Positions 50,401 to 62,509 are shown, counted from the whole stretch's first letter. The stretch is DNA of 63,394 nucleotides, filler included, from Lenisia limosa (GCA_001655205.1; 12 parts of 12 records of this genome joined end to end with filler, not necessarily neighbours in it); one strand, 5' to 3'. Notes: generated by a model from the sequence alone, not told the origin. Numbers and translations: made by a program.

Positions 50401-51127
50401 ATATAGTTATATTATTAGCTCTATATACTGACTGGGATAAGTGGTAACAGAATTTGCTATGCGATTTCCTAAGGAAAATCGGTCATGACTTGTAATGCTA
50501 CATATCATATATTCATGATATCCAATCCTTGACTTCAAATTTTCAATTTGACATTATAGAAATATTGACCCATCTTTAGAATACGATGCCACTGAGGAGG
50601 GACTCTATTTGCAGTATATCCTAGACGCAAAGTACTCCAACAGTGCAGGCGAAATAATGAAACTTTTAGGCGAAGACTTAAAAATGCACGTTATTAACTG
50701 AGGAATTTGGCAGATCTCTGATTTAATACTCTATGTAATATAATTTCCCCATTATTGTTATTTCCTCTAACAGATTTATTATGACTGTGTAACAGAAAAA
50801 TCGATAGTTTTGGAGGATTTATCGGGTAACTCTGCTTATGGAGATATTTGAGGATTTTCTTCGGTTTTCAGCAAGAGGCAATACACTTAAAACAATGTCG
50901 CCCATCCTACCTGCTTGTTTATATTTAACCCTTTCTGACTATTAAACCCAGGTAAAGCCAAAAATATGACGCAGAGGGTTGTTCTGAAGTTCAAGTTCCT
51001 TCCATATCTGAGCAGAATCCATTGAACGACGTTTTACCTTGGCGTGGAAAACCAAAGATTACTCGCCACCCGGATTGGTTTCCGCCTTCAGAGATGCCAC
51101 CGAAACCCCCAGAATAAAATTTTGACT

Positions 51128-52180
51128 AGGTAATGTTCCTTTTCTTCATACAAACGTAACATGGAATAATGAAACAAATTAACAAAGATGTGATTTCATA
51201 AATACTTAACACAAACAATAACTATGATACAAATATGCGACAACGGTAGTTGCCAGAGCGACTTCAGAAAGAATCATCCATAACTCTTTTGAACTCTCAG
51301 GGAGAGTAGATATTGCGACAAAACCTGTGGGTACATATTTCGGAAACCAGAAACCAGAGATAGTTTGGATCCTAAAACAGAAATTAGCCGTCGCGGTTTG
51401 AGACCGCCAAATTATTGCATATTGTGTTAATTATGAAAAATATTTAAGAGCGTTGGACCCCCTAAAGGTCACCCGCTGAACCTGGATGGATATATTTTAA
51501 GATTTACGTTCTACTCAATTATGTTGTTGTTTTAGGTTCTTTATGTTCATTGTCTCTGTTAAATAAATGCCTGTACTATTGATTCTTGATAGCAACACTA
51601 GAAGAGCATGTGAGTTTTCCAAGAACATGCTTTGTGGTGGGGAAAACACAAAACACGTAACGCAAGAAAAGAGTTGCATTTAAATAATAAAAAATGGGAA
51701 AAATAAATAAATAATTAAATGACTGAAAAATACAGAAAAAAAGTAACAGCAAAATGCTAAATGAGTTGTTCTTGTGTATTAATGCCAAATGAAGGACACC
51801 TCTATTACAAAGCTGTAAAAAAACTTCTTTTTCACTTTAAAAGGGGGTTTTCAAAAAAAGGCGGCAACTGGGTGACCACGTAGTTCAGTTCAAAATTAGT
51901 CTCTGAAATTTTTCATTGCTTGCCTCTTCAGAAATTATATATTGTACATAATTCTCGTGTTATTGATTGTTGGTCGAAATAGGTTTTTTTGCATCACAAG
52001 TAGGCACCTCTGTGATCGCACTCATACTGGTGATCGCACTCATACTTGCGATCGCACACCAATATTTTACTAATATTCAACCTCTATTTTGCCTACATAT
52101 TATATATACATATATTTGGGAACCGATACGCTTGAACGTGCTGAGGACAAAGCTGTACACCGGGCCTTCGTAGTCAACCT
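51128..52180 (-). CDS. Hypothetical protein with hydrophobic C-terminus
   Basis: Exon VDYEGPVYSFVLSTFK; terminal exon ..ELWMILSEVALATTVVAYLYHSYLFVLSIYEITSLLICFIIPCYVCMKKRNIT-TAG. Confidence 0.4.
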
Positions 52181-52584
52181 AATATGGTAAGTGGTGTTGC
52201 CTAATATGGTAAGTTGGTTGTACTATAGAAATTGGTATTGCTTATGGTAAGTGGTTTGTCTAATACGGTAATTGGTTGCCAAATAAGGTAATGCCCCCCT
52301 CTGTTTACATGATATGTTCAAGGTATTACCTCCATGTTTGGGCGCTAGCGTTGCTACCTTCTAAAATAAAACATCAAAAACAAAATAAAACTATAGAAGG
52401 CCACAGTTCCTCTTCTTCGGTTTTATTGGGCTACCAAGGTATATAGCGTTACCCCACTATTTATTTTATATATTTTTTGAGAAGAGTCAGGGCAGTTTCA
52501 AATTTTTATTTTTTTATTGTTTATTGTAAAAACCTGTTTTATATTTAGTTTAATTGCAGAAAGTAGCAAAGCTTGCGCCCAAAA

Positions 52585-53210
52585 ATGGAGGTAAGCCTTT
52601 GGTTAGTACTAGGTAAACAAGCTCTGCTCCCCTCTCCCGTTGCCTAGGTGTATAATATTGCATAATGGATAATTCCAGGGAGTGTTTGGAACTTCGGGGA
52701 ATTTATTTCTATTTTCCTTTTACTATTCCTCTTACTCTCATCATCTTCAAGTCTTCACCCACTCTTATTTTGACAACTTATCGTCTCTAACCCGGTTCTT
52801 CCTTGGATGGGGAAGTGAGAAATGCTTTTTTCTTTCTTAGATCTCAACAACAGAAAGCTCTACGACTGTTTTTATTTTTTTGCTCAAATGCTCTAATAAG
52901 CATCTAGCTTTTTTTATTTCCATCGTTAACTCTGGCCCCTCCGTATAAACCGTTAAGGTAACCCCATCACTACCCACTACTACAATATCTTCTTCCAAAC
53001 AGAAAACCCTTTCATACAGTTTTTATTACCATCCCCCAGGATCAAATTCCCGCACATTTCTGTTGCCCCATCTCGTTTCAGCTTATGGAAGATCCTGTTG
53101 TGGATGTCTATGGCCACACTTATGACAGAGCTTCAATTAGTGGGAGGAGCAAATATGAAAGAGTTTCTTCGTGGGGGGTAACACTAGAATTACAACTTTT
53201 CAGAAGAATC
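52585..53210 (+). CDS. U-box E3 ligase, partial
   Basis: Exon 53040-53140 DQIPAHFCCPISFQLMEDPVVDVYGHTYDRASI is a U-box signature; start position tentative. Confidence 0.8.
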
Positions 53211-53539
53211 CCAAGTCAATGTCACCCTTGTGTGTTGTCAGCCAACAGAGTTGATTTGGGTTTTTTGCTTCATAAATTTTCCAANNNNNNNNNNNNNNNN
53301 NNNNNNNNNNNNNNNNNNNNNNNNNNNNTTAATTAATTAANNNNNNNNNNNNNNNNNNNNNNNNNNNNNNNNNNNNNNNNNNNNTGCAATACAATAAAAC
53401 AACTCCAAATATGGGATAAAGAGAAATGTCATGATGGGGAGTAATTTAAACAAAGGCAAATCATGCAATATAGTATATATCATATCTACATCATATATTT
53501 TCAATATCACATTGTGTTGACATATTGCAAACTACACTA

Positions 53540-56500
53540 CGGCGCATCGACTTGGGATACCCTTGTAGTATATGGAAATCCCATATTTTGTTGAGATTTT
53601 CATACAATCATAATTCCAATTACTTTCCATAAGAATCCCCGAAGTGCAACAACAAATGTTGTTCACTGTTTACAAACAACAGCAAAGCATACCCAACGGG
53701 GCTGGTAGAGTGGCCTTGAGATTGCCTGGGGTCACTTTGAGGTGGACGTCAATGGGGTCAACGATGGACTGAATTCCGTGCATCCTACGGGGGGTGAGAT
53801 GGAGGTCATCTAATCAATACAATATTGGCAGGTTTGTAAAAATAAAAGGGGGTGGAGAGTACAAAACAAGATACATAATAAATGATCCATTTCTAAGAAG
53901 TACTTCATCTTGAGAGGCAAGTCTTGCCCATTAGATTGCTTTCTGAAGAATTTTATGGGTTGTCCTAATTTTGAAATTCTAAAACCACTTCTTAAAAGTC
54001 TGTACATTTTGCCAAGAAGGCTTTATCTGCCCAATAAAGAGCTTTGTTTAGCGGAACAGCAATCTCTTATGTCTTAGAGTTTCATGAAAACAGGCTCCAT
54101 TTTTTGAAATATTATGGCTATTTAATGGGTGGTGCGATACGTGTCTCTTTGTTAATTCGGTGGAATGGTACAGTCTGGTATTAGTTCAACAAGCTTGCAA
54201 AATATATTAAATTTTGTCCAGTCAGAGAGGATTTTTTTTTTTTTTTTTTTTACATTCAGTAAGGGATGTTTCTGAGATATGTTTCATGTATTCCATCCTG
54301 ATAATGCGCATTGCAAAATAATATGACATTGCAAAGCTTGTTTGTTTTCTCCCCAGATTCTTAGGCCTTGGACATATGCCTTGGTCCGTCAGCAATGAAA
54401 ACACAGCATGCAAAGACCCCAAAGACCTCGAAGGTCAACAAATTGATACTTTTAATAAAATATGAAAGACTATGCGTATATACATACATATATTATTAGT
54501 GTATGTAATACTCTATCGATGTACAGTATATCATCAGGTAATGTGTGAGCTACACATATTTACGATGGCAGATGTCAGTATTATGTATAGTATAGTATGA
54601 ATGACGGATGAATCTGCTGTTGACTGTTTTAGTACAACGCCACTGCGTTTATACGCTTTATTCGGCAATTTCAGAATACAGGCCCTGTCCTATCCACTTT
54701 CGTTGACACAATTGCGGCTTGTTATGAGGAGTTTAAGGCCTGCTGTAACTCGCTATTTTCAAACGAAGAATTTTTGGGTTTCAGCCTTATGTCTCAGTTA
54801 ATTATTATTATTATTTCTTTCAAAAACAAAAATCTGTTTACAACATTAGCTCACATAAAGGCATTAACTAGCCAGTACTCACCCAGCTGCGGCTGGGGTC
54901 TCCAAGCACCTAGTGTGACTCGGGGAGGTGGGCACCAAGGAGCGTGGGCGCGGAGGCATGGTAACTTGTTGGTATCCCTATGTATTTATTTGTTTCCATA
55001 GATTTCTAATGTATATTATTTCTCTTGTTCAAATTTTGTTTTTCTTCACCCGGTGTGACATCACTTCTCTTCAGCTGCGTTGAAACTGTGTTCAAGGTAT
55101 TCTGTTGGGGGATGGGGGGTGGCAATGGATGATAATGTTCATCTTGATGTTTTTTTTTGTACTTATTGTAGGTTTCGGTCCCGACAACATTGCTCTGCAA
55201 TTGCAGGCAACACCTTGCATATGCGTCTCCTGAGGATGATAGAGGAATCCGTCTGACAGACTCTGTTTGAGGGCAATTACTGGTATTACTAGGGCGCGAT
55301 TGATTTTAATTTTTTAATTTTAAAGGAGCCCATCAGGAAGGAAACAAGCTTTGTGTGTGTTCCTTCCCTGCGCTATGTATCAGAACTGAAAGAAGATTTC
55401 CAAGATTTCTTTGATGGAGGAGTAGTTTCAAAAGGAGTAACAGAGTGGTTTTTTAATGAAATTGTATCTACCTCTTAAACTTTTTATTTATCAATCGCTC
55501 ACTTACAATTTTTAACCAAATAAAAACCAATCGCGTACTTCCAAAATACCTTTCTCGGAATAATTTTAAAGTACACAGCCAATCATGCGCTAGAAGAAGA
55601 ATAGGGGAAGGGGATGAAATGAAAAANNNNNNNNNNNNNNNNNNNNNNNNNNNNNNNNNNNNNNNNNNNNNNNNNNNNNNNNNNNNNNNNNNNNNNNNNN
55701 NNNNNNNNNNNNNNNNNNNNNNNNNNNNNNNNNNNNNNNNNNTGCCACCGAAGAATCTGAAGGGTTAGTATTCTGGTGCAAAGAGTCCTGAATACGACAG
55801 AATGAGATAAGGAATATTGTGGGTATCAATGGCAACAAACAAAAAAAAAATCCAGTAATCTGCTTTTGGTGATGATTCACAGATAGCACAATATATGATA
55901 TTCCACTAGAGACGAAATTATCTGATTCAACATGACCAAAATGCTAAATAATGATCATAATAATAACATTTAATTAGATTCAGCAATAATCCAAATGCAA
56001 AGCTCAAGAAAGCTAGAGAAAGCGTCCAACCAAGGAGTGAGGAGGCCCTGATCTGATGGAGGGACGCCTTGAGGCAGAAGGCATCGGGGGTGACATCCGC
56101 CCATATGTTGTTCTTGTNNNNNNNNNNNNNNNNNNNNNNNNNNNNNNNNNNNNNNNNNNNNNNNNNNNNNNNNNNNNNNNNNNNNNNNNNNNNNNNNNNN
56201 NNNNNNNNNNNNNNNNNNNNNNNNNNNNNNNNNNNNNNNNNNNNNNNNNNNCTAATCACGAACCGAATAATCTGAAACTCCAAACAAAACAAAAAAAAAC
56301 AAACAATAGCACACGAAAGTGTAAAATTGGAAAATTTATGAGAAAAAAAGGCCCAAATTAACTCTATTACCTTGTGACACCACACATGCAACACCGTCTA
56401 TATGAACGTCCACCGAGTGTGGCAGAACAGGAATTTCTTCAGTGACAGGGGGGTAGTGCGTCGGAGCTAGGGAGGTGATAGAGAATTAATAATGAGCAAT

Positions 56501-58450
56501 GGGGAATATGTAACGGTAATTTCAGTAAGAAAGAAATTCGGTAATATTTTTGACTAAAAAAACGCTCCTAGTACCCCCCCCCCCCNNNNNNNNNNNNNNN
56601 NNNNNNNNNNNNNNNNNNNNNNNNNNNNNNNNNNNNNNNNNNNNNNNNNNNNNNNNNNNNNNNNNNNNNNNNNNNNNNNNNNNNNNNNNCTGCGTTCAAC
56701 ATGCTGAGTGGGGGTAAATAGGGAAATTCACGAAACAAAAACAAAACAGAAGCAGCACTGATGGCTACATTTCGGAAACAATGCTAGTGATGGTGGGGAC
56801 ACGGATATGATTGAGCTTGATCTTTAGTAAATCGGGTCAGGACTTATACCTGTCATTTATGATGTATTCAACTCTAAATGGAATTGTAATGGTGAAAAGG
56901 AGAGAGGATAGTGATGAGAGTAAATTGGATGAGAAAATAATGAAAATCCAAATTAATTATAATATTAAATGAAGAGGGATGGTTGCTCTTATGTGAACAC
57001 ACGATTACCCCTTGTTCAATCCCCGTCATACCCAGCTCGAATGGAGCATTCACTCGTATCCTCCCCAAAGTTGGTTAGCTTCAGCGATAAGGCGTTGGCT
57101 TCTAAAATCATGAATGTGGTGAAAAATACAGTATGGTATATTCGTTTAAAAAAATCAAAATATTTTGTATAAAACTATCCTCAGCCCTGGCGTACCATTG
57201 TTGTCTGCTTGCTTAGGAGGCGCCCATTCAATAGAGGGTGGCGCTGATACTAAACAAAATAAGTCAAATAATCCTCCGATCAAAGAAAAATCGATCAATC
57301 GACGATAAATATTGACATTCTAGACTACCCATTTCTCAAAAACTGAAAGCAGGAGTTACCTCTACTGTTATTATACACATCCACATAAATACATGTGCAT
57401 AGTATGATGTACATATCATATATCATATCCAAATATATCGGCTATCCCCCGCACAGGCAGCCACGGCGGCGGTGATAGTGTCCGAGGCTTCTCCCACGTT
57501 GAGAGCGAGACTTGAAAACTGGGGGAGGGGTAAGCCCAAATCAACTCTGTTGGATGACAACACAGGAAGGTTGGTTGATAACAGCAAAACATAGCCCAGG
57601 CCAGGCGCTTCTGCAGCGCCGCATCCCATCCCTCCATGGAGGGTGGGGACAAAGGGGGGGGGTGAATAAAACAACTCTGTTGGCTTGAAACATGAGGGTT
57701 GAAAACAACAAAACAAATAAAGCCCGGACCAGTGCTTCATGTAATGAGATATGTGGTGAAGAGGGGGGTGCAGTTGGATGACCGACTACAGATAGTGAAA
57801 CAATATGTAAGAAGAAGAGGTTCATACAAAACAAAGAATAAGAAGAAGATGAGCATTGCAAAGAGAACAGCAAATAAACAGCAACAGTTTACAACACCTG
57901 ACCAACGCTAAGTTTGACTAGGGGAAGCGAGCGGTCTCCCGGGCTTGGCATTTGTTGCGGCTTAGCAAGCCGACCGTCAAAGGAATATTCCGGCGTCATT
58001 GCTTGGAGAATAGAAGTGTTCATTGCAGCCTAGTGGAGAAGGGGTAAAAATGGAAAAACTATAAAACAAAACAAAAACCTGGATCAACTCTGTTGGCTAA
58101 ACATGTATGAAACACACGAGGGTGCAAAGACAGATGAAGAAGTAAAATCAGTGTATATCCATGTATGAAACAACTCAATTATTCTGCTGTTGTTTGGTTC
58201 AAACCCTGCCGTCTCTCCTATGGTCTCTATGTGTCTCTAGTTCAAATTTATGAGTTTGTTATAGTTCATTCTTTAAACTAAACATTCCACACTTGCAAAT
58301 AAAAATACATCCAATGTCAAAAGCTCCGCAGCCAACCTTGACCGTGCCAATTTTAGCCCGGAAATGTGACCCTTCATCGGAGTTATCGAAGTTAAAGTCG
58401 GCTCCTTGCAGCTGTACACTTATTTCCAGCATCTGGTCGTGACGTAATCC
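53540..58450 (-). CDS. Fragment(s) of a large beta-rich protein, possibly VPS13/ATG2-like
   Basis: Scattered minus exons (GLRHDQMLEISVQLQGADFNFDN..AKIGTVKVGC; HGIQSIVDPIDVHLKV; EANALSLKLTNF); family assignment is a weak impression. Confidence 0.3.
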
Positions 58451-58565
58451 TGGGAGGCACGGGAGNNNNNNNNNNNNNNNNNNNNNNNNNNNNNNNNNNN
58501 NNNNNNNNNTTAATTAATTAANNNNNNNNNNNNNNNNNNNNNNNNNNNNNNNNNNNNNNNNNNNN

Positions 58566-61500
58566 CTGGACCCCCTCAAAAAAGTCTCCCCTTGAGTTGA
58601 CACGCTCACGTCGCTCGAAGCCCCTGGGGGGTACAGGAATAATAATACGATTATTTTTATTGGTACAGAGCTGAAGTCTCAGCTCTTCCATTCCTCCCTA
58701 GCCTGGGCTTTGTTTTGTTGTTATCAAGCCTCGGGTGTTGTCAGCCAACAGAATTGATTTGGGCTTTTTTATTTCATAAATTTTCCATTTTTACTCCCCC
58801 CCCCCCCCCNNNNNNNNNNNNNNNNNNNNNNNNNNNNNNNNNNNNNNNNNNNNNNNNNNNNNNNNNNNNNNNNNNNNNNNNNNNNNNNNNNNNNNNNNNN
58901 NNNNNNNNNNNNNNNNNNNNNNNNNNNNNNNNNNNNNNNNNNNNNNNNNNNNNNNNNNNNNNNNNNNNNNNNNNNNNNNNNNNNNNNNNNNNNNNNNNNN
59001 NNNNNNNNNNNNNNNNNNNNNNNNNNNNNNNNNNNNNNNNNCTGTTTTGTTGCAAACACTGGCGTTGGGTAACGATTCATTTGCATTTTCTGTTGTATCT
59101 TCACGCCAATATCACTTCATGGGTTTGTCACTCCATTTTGCTCCCAAATCATCATAATCGTATTGACCGCCTCATGTTTGTCAGCTAATAGAGGATTTCG
59201 GGTTTTGTTTTATTCATAAATTTCCCCATTTTACTCTCCTCTCCCCCCAGAACGCCGAAATTCCACGGCATTGATGAGATGACGTCCGTGTATGCCACGC
59301 CTCATCTTGCGCCATCTTCCGCTGATGCCGCCTGGACCGTGAGAGGGGGGTAAAACGAAGGAAATTTCGATGAAGAATGTTGGCGTAAAGGTACTAATCA
59401 CGAACCGAATAATCTGAAACTCCAAACAAACAAACAAAAGAACAAAGGGGGGGGGGGGGGTNNNNNNNNNNNNNNNNNNNNNNNNNNNNNNNNNNNNNNN
59501 NNNNNNNNNNNNNNNNNNNNNNNNNNNNNNNNNNNNNNNNNNNNNNNNNNNNNNNNNNNNNNNNNNNNNNNNGGTTTTTTCTTTTGTGCAGCTTTGCGGG
59601 TACTTAAGTCCCTGGCAGGTACACGAGACAACGCCAATGGAAGCGAAGGTCATCTGCGTTGACATCTCTGATAGTGCTGAATTCATGGCTGTGTTGCTCG
59701 ACTCCATGACCATTAAAGTGTACCAGTGTAGGAAAGTGCATGATTCTTTATCGGTTGCCCCTTAATTACCCTTCTTACATCTGCTCCTTTTTAACCATTA
59801 TTAACCATGGGGTAGTTACCAGTGTCGGCAGCTTGAGATGCGGACGCACAGCGGTGTTTTGTAGGCTTGGTATTTTTTTTTTAACAAGAGAAATAATATA
59901 TACATTAGGGAAACACATAAATACATAGGGATTCCTCAATAGCTTTATGTTGTTTTTTTATGGTGTTTGAAGTGTTTTTGGACCGCAGTTTTGTGATTGT
60001 GCTAACATTGTTCAGCCCTGAAGGCTCCCAATGATAGCGAGGAAATCTCCTTCTGGACATGGCACCGACACAGGTCCGAGGGGGGAATGATGGAGTATAT
60101 GATATAGTATATGATATAGATATCGATATATATTACCTGTCAAATTTATGTTTCAAAAGCTCTATTTGTGCTGTAGAATGAACGGTGTTGAGAGGGGGTG
60201 CAGAAAAGGATAGAGTTTTCGAAAACCTTTATACAGTATCATATATTTTTTTTGATCAAGAGAAATAATATATAGTATACATTAGAAATCTAATAAATAC
60301 ATTGGGATACCATAAACAAATTACCATGCCTCCGCACCCACGCTCCTCCGCCTCCCTCCCGAAACATTTATAATGATAGTCTATCATATAGTATTCAGTG
60401 ACCGGGATAAGTCTTGAGCAATATATTTTCCTTGGGAAATCACATGGCAAATCTGTCAAGACTTATCCTGGTCACTGTATAAACTGGAGTGACTGGCAGC
60501 TGACGTCTGATATTCTCAGGGAAGAAGGGTCCACTCGTAGTTCCCTCTTACTTCTTGCTGTCCCCAACTTTGATACTGGTTGGGGGGAGGTGATGCTGTA
60601 TTGTTAGTAGGGCTTCCCTACGGTCCCAAAATAGAATGAATTTCCCGATCAATCCTCGATCATATCGATATTTTGACGGTCTTTTTCGGACCGTAGGGAA
60701 GCCCTAGTTGTGTGCCCCCATTCCCCTCGCTTTGTTACAACTAGGGCTTCCCTACGGTCCGAAAAGGACCGTTTAAATATCGATACGTATCGAGAATTTA
60801 TCGCGAAATTCAGTCTTTTTTGGGACCGTAGGGAAGCCTTAGTACATCACCCCCCCCCCCCGCNNNNNNNNNNNNNNNNNNNNNNNNNNNNNNNNNNNNN
60901 NNNNNNNNNNNNNNNNNNNNNNNNNNNNNNNNNNNNNNNNNNNNNNNNNNNNNNNNNNNNNNNNNNNNNNNATTTTGGGCTTTTTTGTTTCAAAAATTTT
61001 CAATTTTTACTCCCCCCCCCCCCAGGCCAAGTTCTGTTCTACAACACGCGAACGGGCTGTCTTGTCGATAAGTTCGGCGGACACGAGGGCATGACGTCTG
61101 TGTCCTTCCACAACGACATCATGCAGACCTGTGGGGGGGGGGGGTGGCTTTGCTATGTAACCCACAAGTCATTGAATAGATCACAAATCGAGGTTACCAT
61201 GTATATTTGGAGTATTGTACAGAAGACTGAGATTTTTCAATAAACTGAAGAGAAGGGGTGGATGTGAGTGCACTTTTTTGTTTTCATGCTTTCGACAGTA
61301 AAAATGTAATCGGTTTAAAAAGCTTCTCCAGCAACAACAACAACATGAACGATCATCCCTGGCATCAGTTACATTGCTTACTTTGCAGCTGCTAATGACT
61401 CCGTTTGCCTCTGGCGCCGCAGCAATTCAGAATGGGCCATTACACATGTTATTCTAGCTGCTGTAGGGGGGTGTTACTAGGGTTTCCCTACGGTCAAAAA

Positions 61501-61905
61501 AAAACCGAATTTCCCGATAAAATCTCGATAAATATCGATATTTTAACGGTTTTTTTTCGGACCGCAAGGAAGCTTTAGTATACATGTTATCCTGTCTGCT
61601 GTGGGGGGGGGGGTTATACACGTTATCTTATCATGGATATAGAGGATGNNNNNNNNNNNNNNNNNNNNNNNNNNNNNNNNNNNNNNNNNNNNNNNNNNNN
61701 NNNNNNNNNNNNNNNNNNNNNNNNNNNNNNNNNTAGCCTCCTTTGGCTCTAATAGCCTCCTTTAACTCTTTAGACTGTCGTCGAGACGGTTGGTGCTAAG
61801 TCGGCAAAAACAATCCTCCAGGACCGCAATGCCTCCGATGTTGTTGTGAGTGGGATGAAGATTCCGATCTGCTGATCTTCAATGCGATAACGAGTCAGGT
61901 GAAGC
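58566..61905 (+). CDS. WD40/beta-propeller protein fragment
   Basis: Exons EAKVICVDISDSAEFMAVLLDSMTIKVYQ, GQVLFYNTRTGCLVDKFGGHEGMTSVSFHND, AANDSVCLWRR. Confidence 0.65.
60396..60477. mobile_element. MITE family I, Tc1/mariner-like ends; other copies 63174-63232 and partial 50427-50490
   Basis: 22-bp TIR CAGTGACCGGGATAAGTCTTGA / TCAAGACTTATCCTGGTCACTG; TA on both sides of the 63174 copy. Confidence 0.75.
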
Positions 61906-62509
61906 TTAGTGCGGACGCCGACTATATGACGACCACCACACCCACCACGATTGGCTGGTGGAAGTACGAGGGTCCTGTAGGTATGCTGGGGAGGCACGCA
62001 GAAAGCTGTGTGCACAGAGTTGTAAGGCAAATGATNNNNNNNNNNNNNNNNNNNNNNNNNNNNNNNNNNNNNNNNNNNNTTAATTAATTAANNNNNNNNN
62101 NNNNNNNNNNNNNNNNNNNNNNNNNNNNNNNNNNNATCAAATAAGGATTTTCGAATATACTTTCATACTTATACTAATATATCGATAATTATATATATCG
62201 AAATATTTTTATAAAATTCCGAATAAATTGTATCAATTTCAAATATTTTTCACCCCCTCCCCCAAACTGTGACATTGTCAAGGGGTACGCAGTTTCCTTG
62301 ATAGTTTGTAGTATAGGCGAAAGGGACGTCATCCATTTTGACATAGAATAAGTACCATTTTTATGCACCTTCAGGGTAAGTGATTGATACGATCGTGTGA
62401 AAATGATCCAAAATAGACAGTCTTATATAATGGTTAGGGCTTCTCTATGCTCCGAAAAAGACTGATACAATATCGATACTCTACGATGATTTATCGAGAA
62501 AATCGGTCC

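Noticed and set aside
52592-52615. GGTTAGTACT resembling the 5S internal promoter
   Set aside because: Only about 10 nt match with no other 5S sequence; it lies just after a donor in the U-box gene.
58190-58220. GGTTCAAACCC resembling a tRNA T-loop
   Set aside because: No acceptor stem, D arm or box A in the AT-rich flanks.
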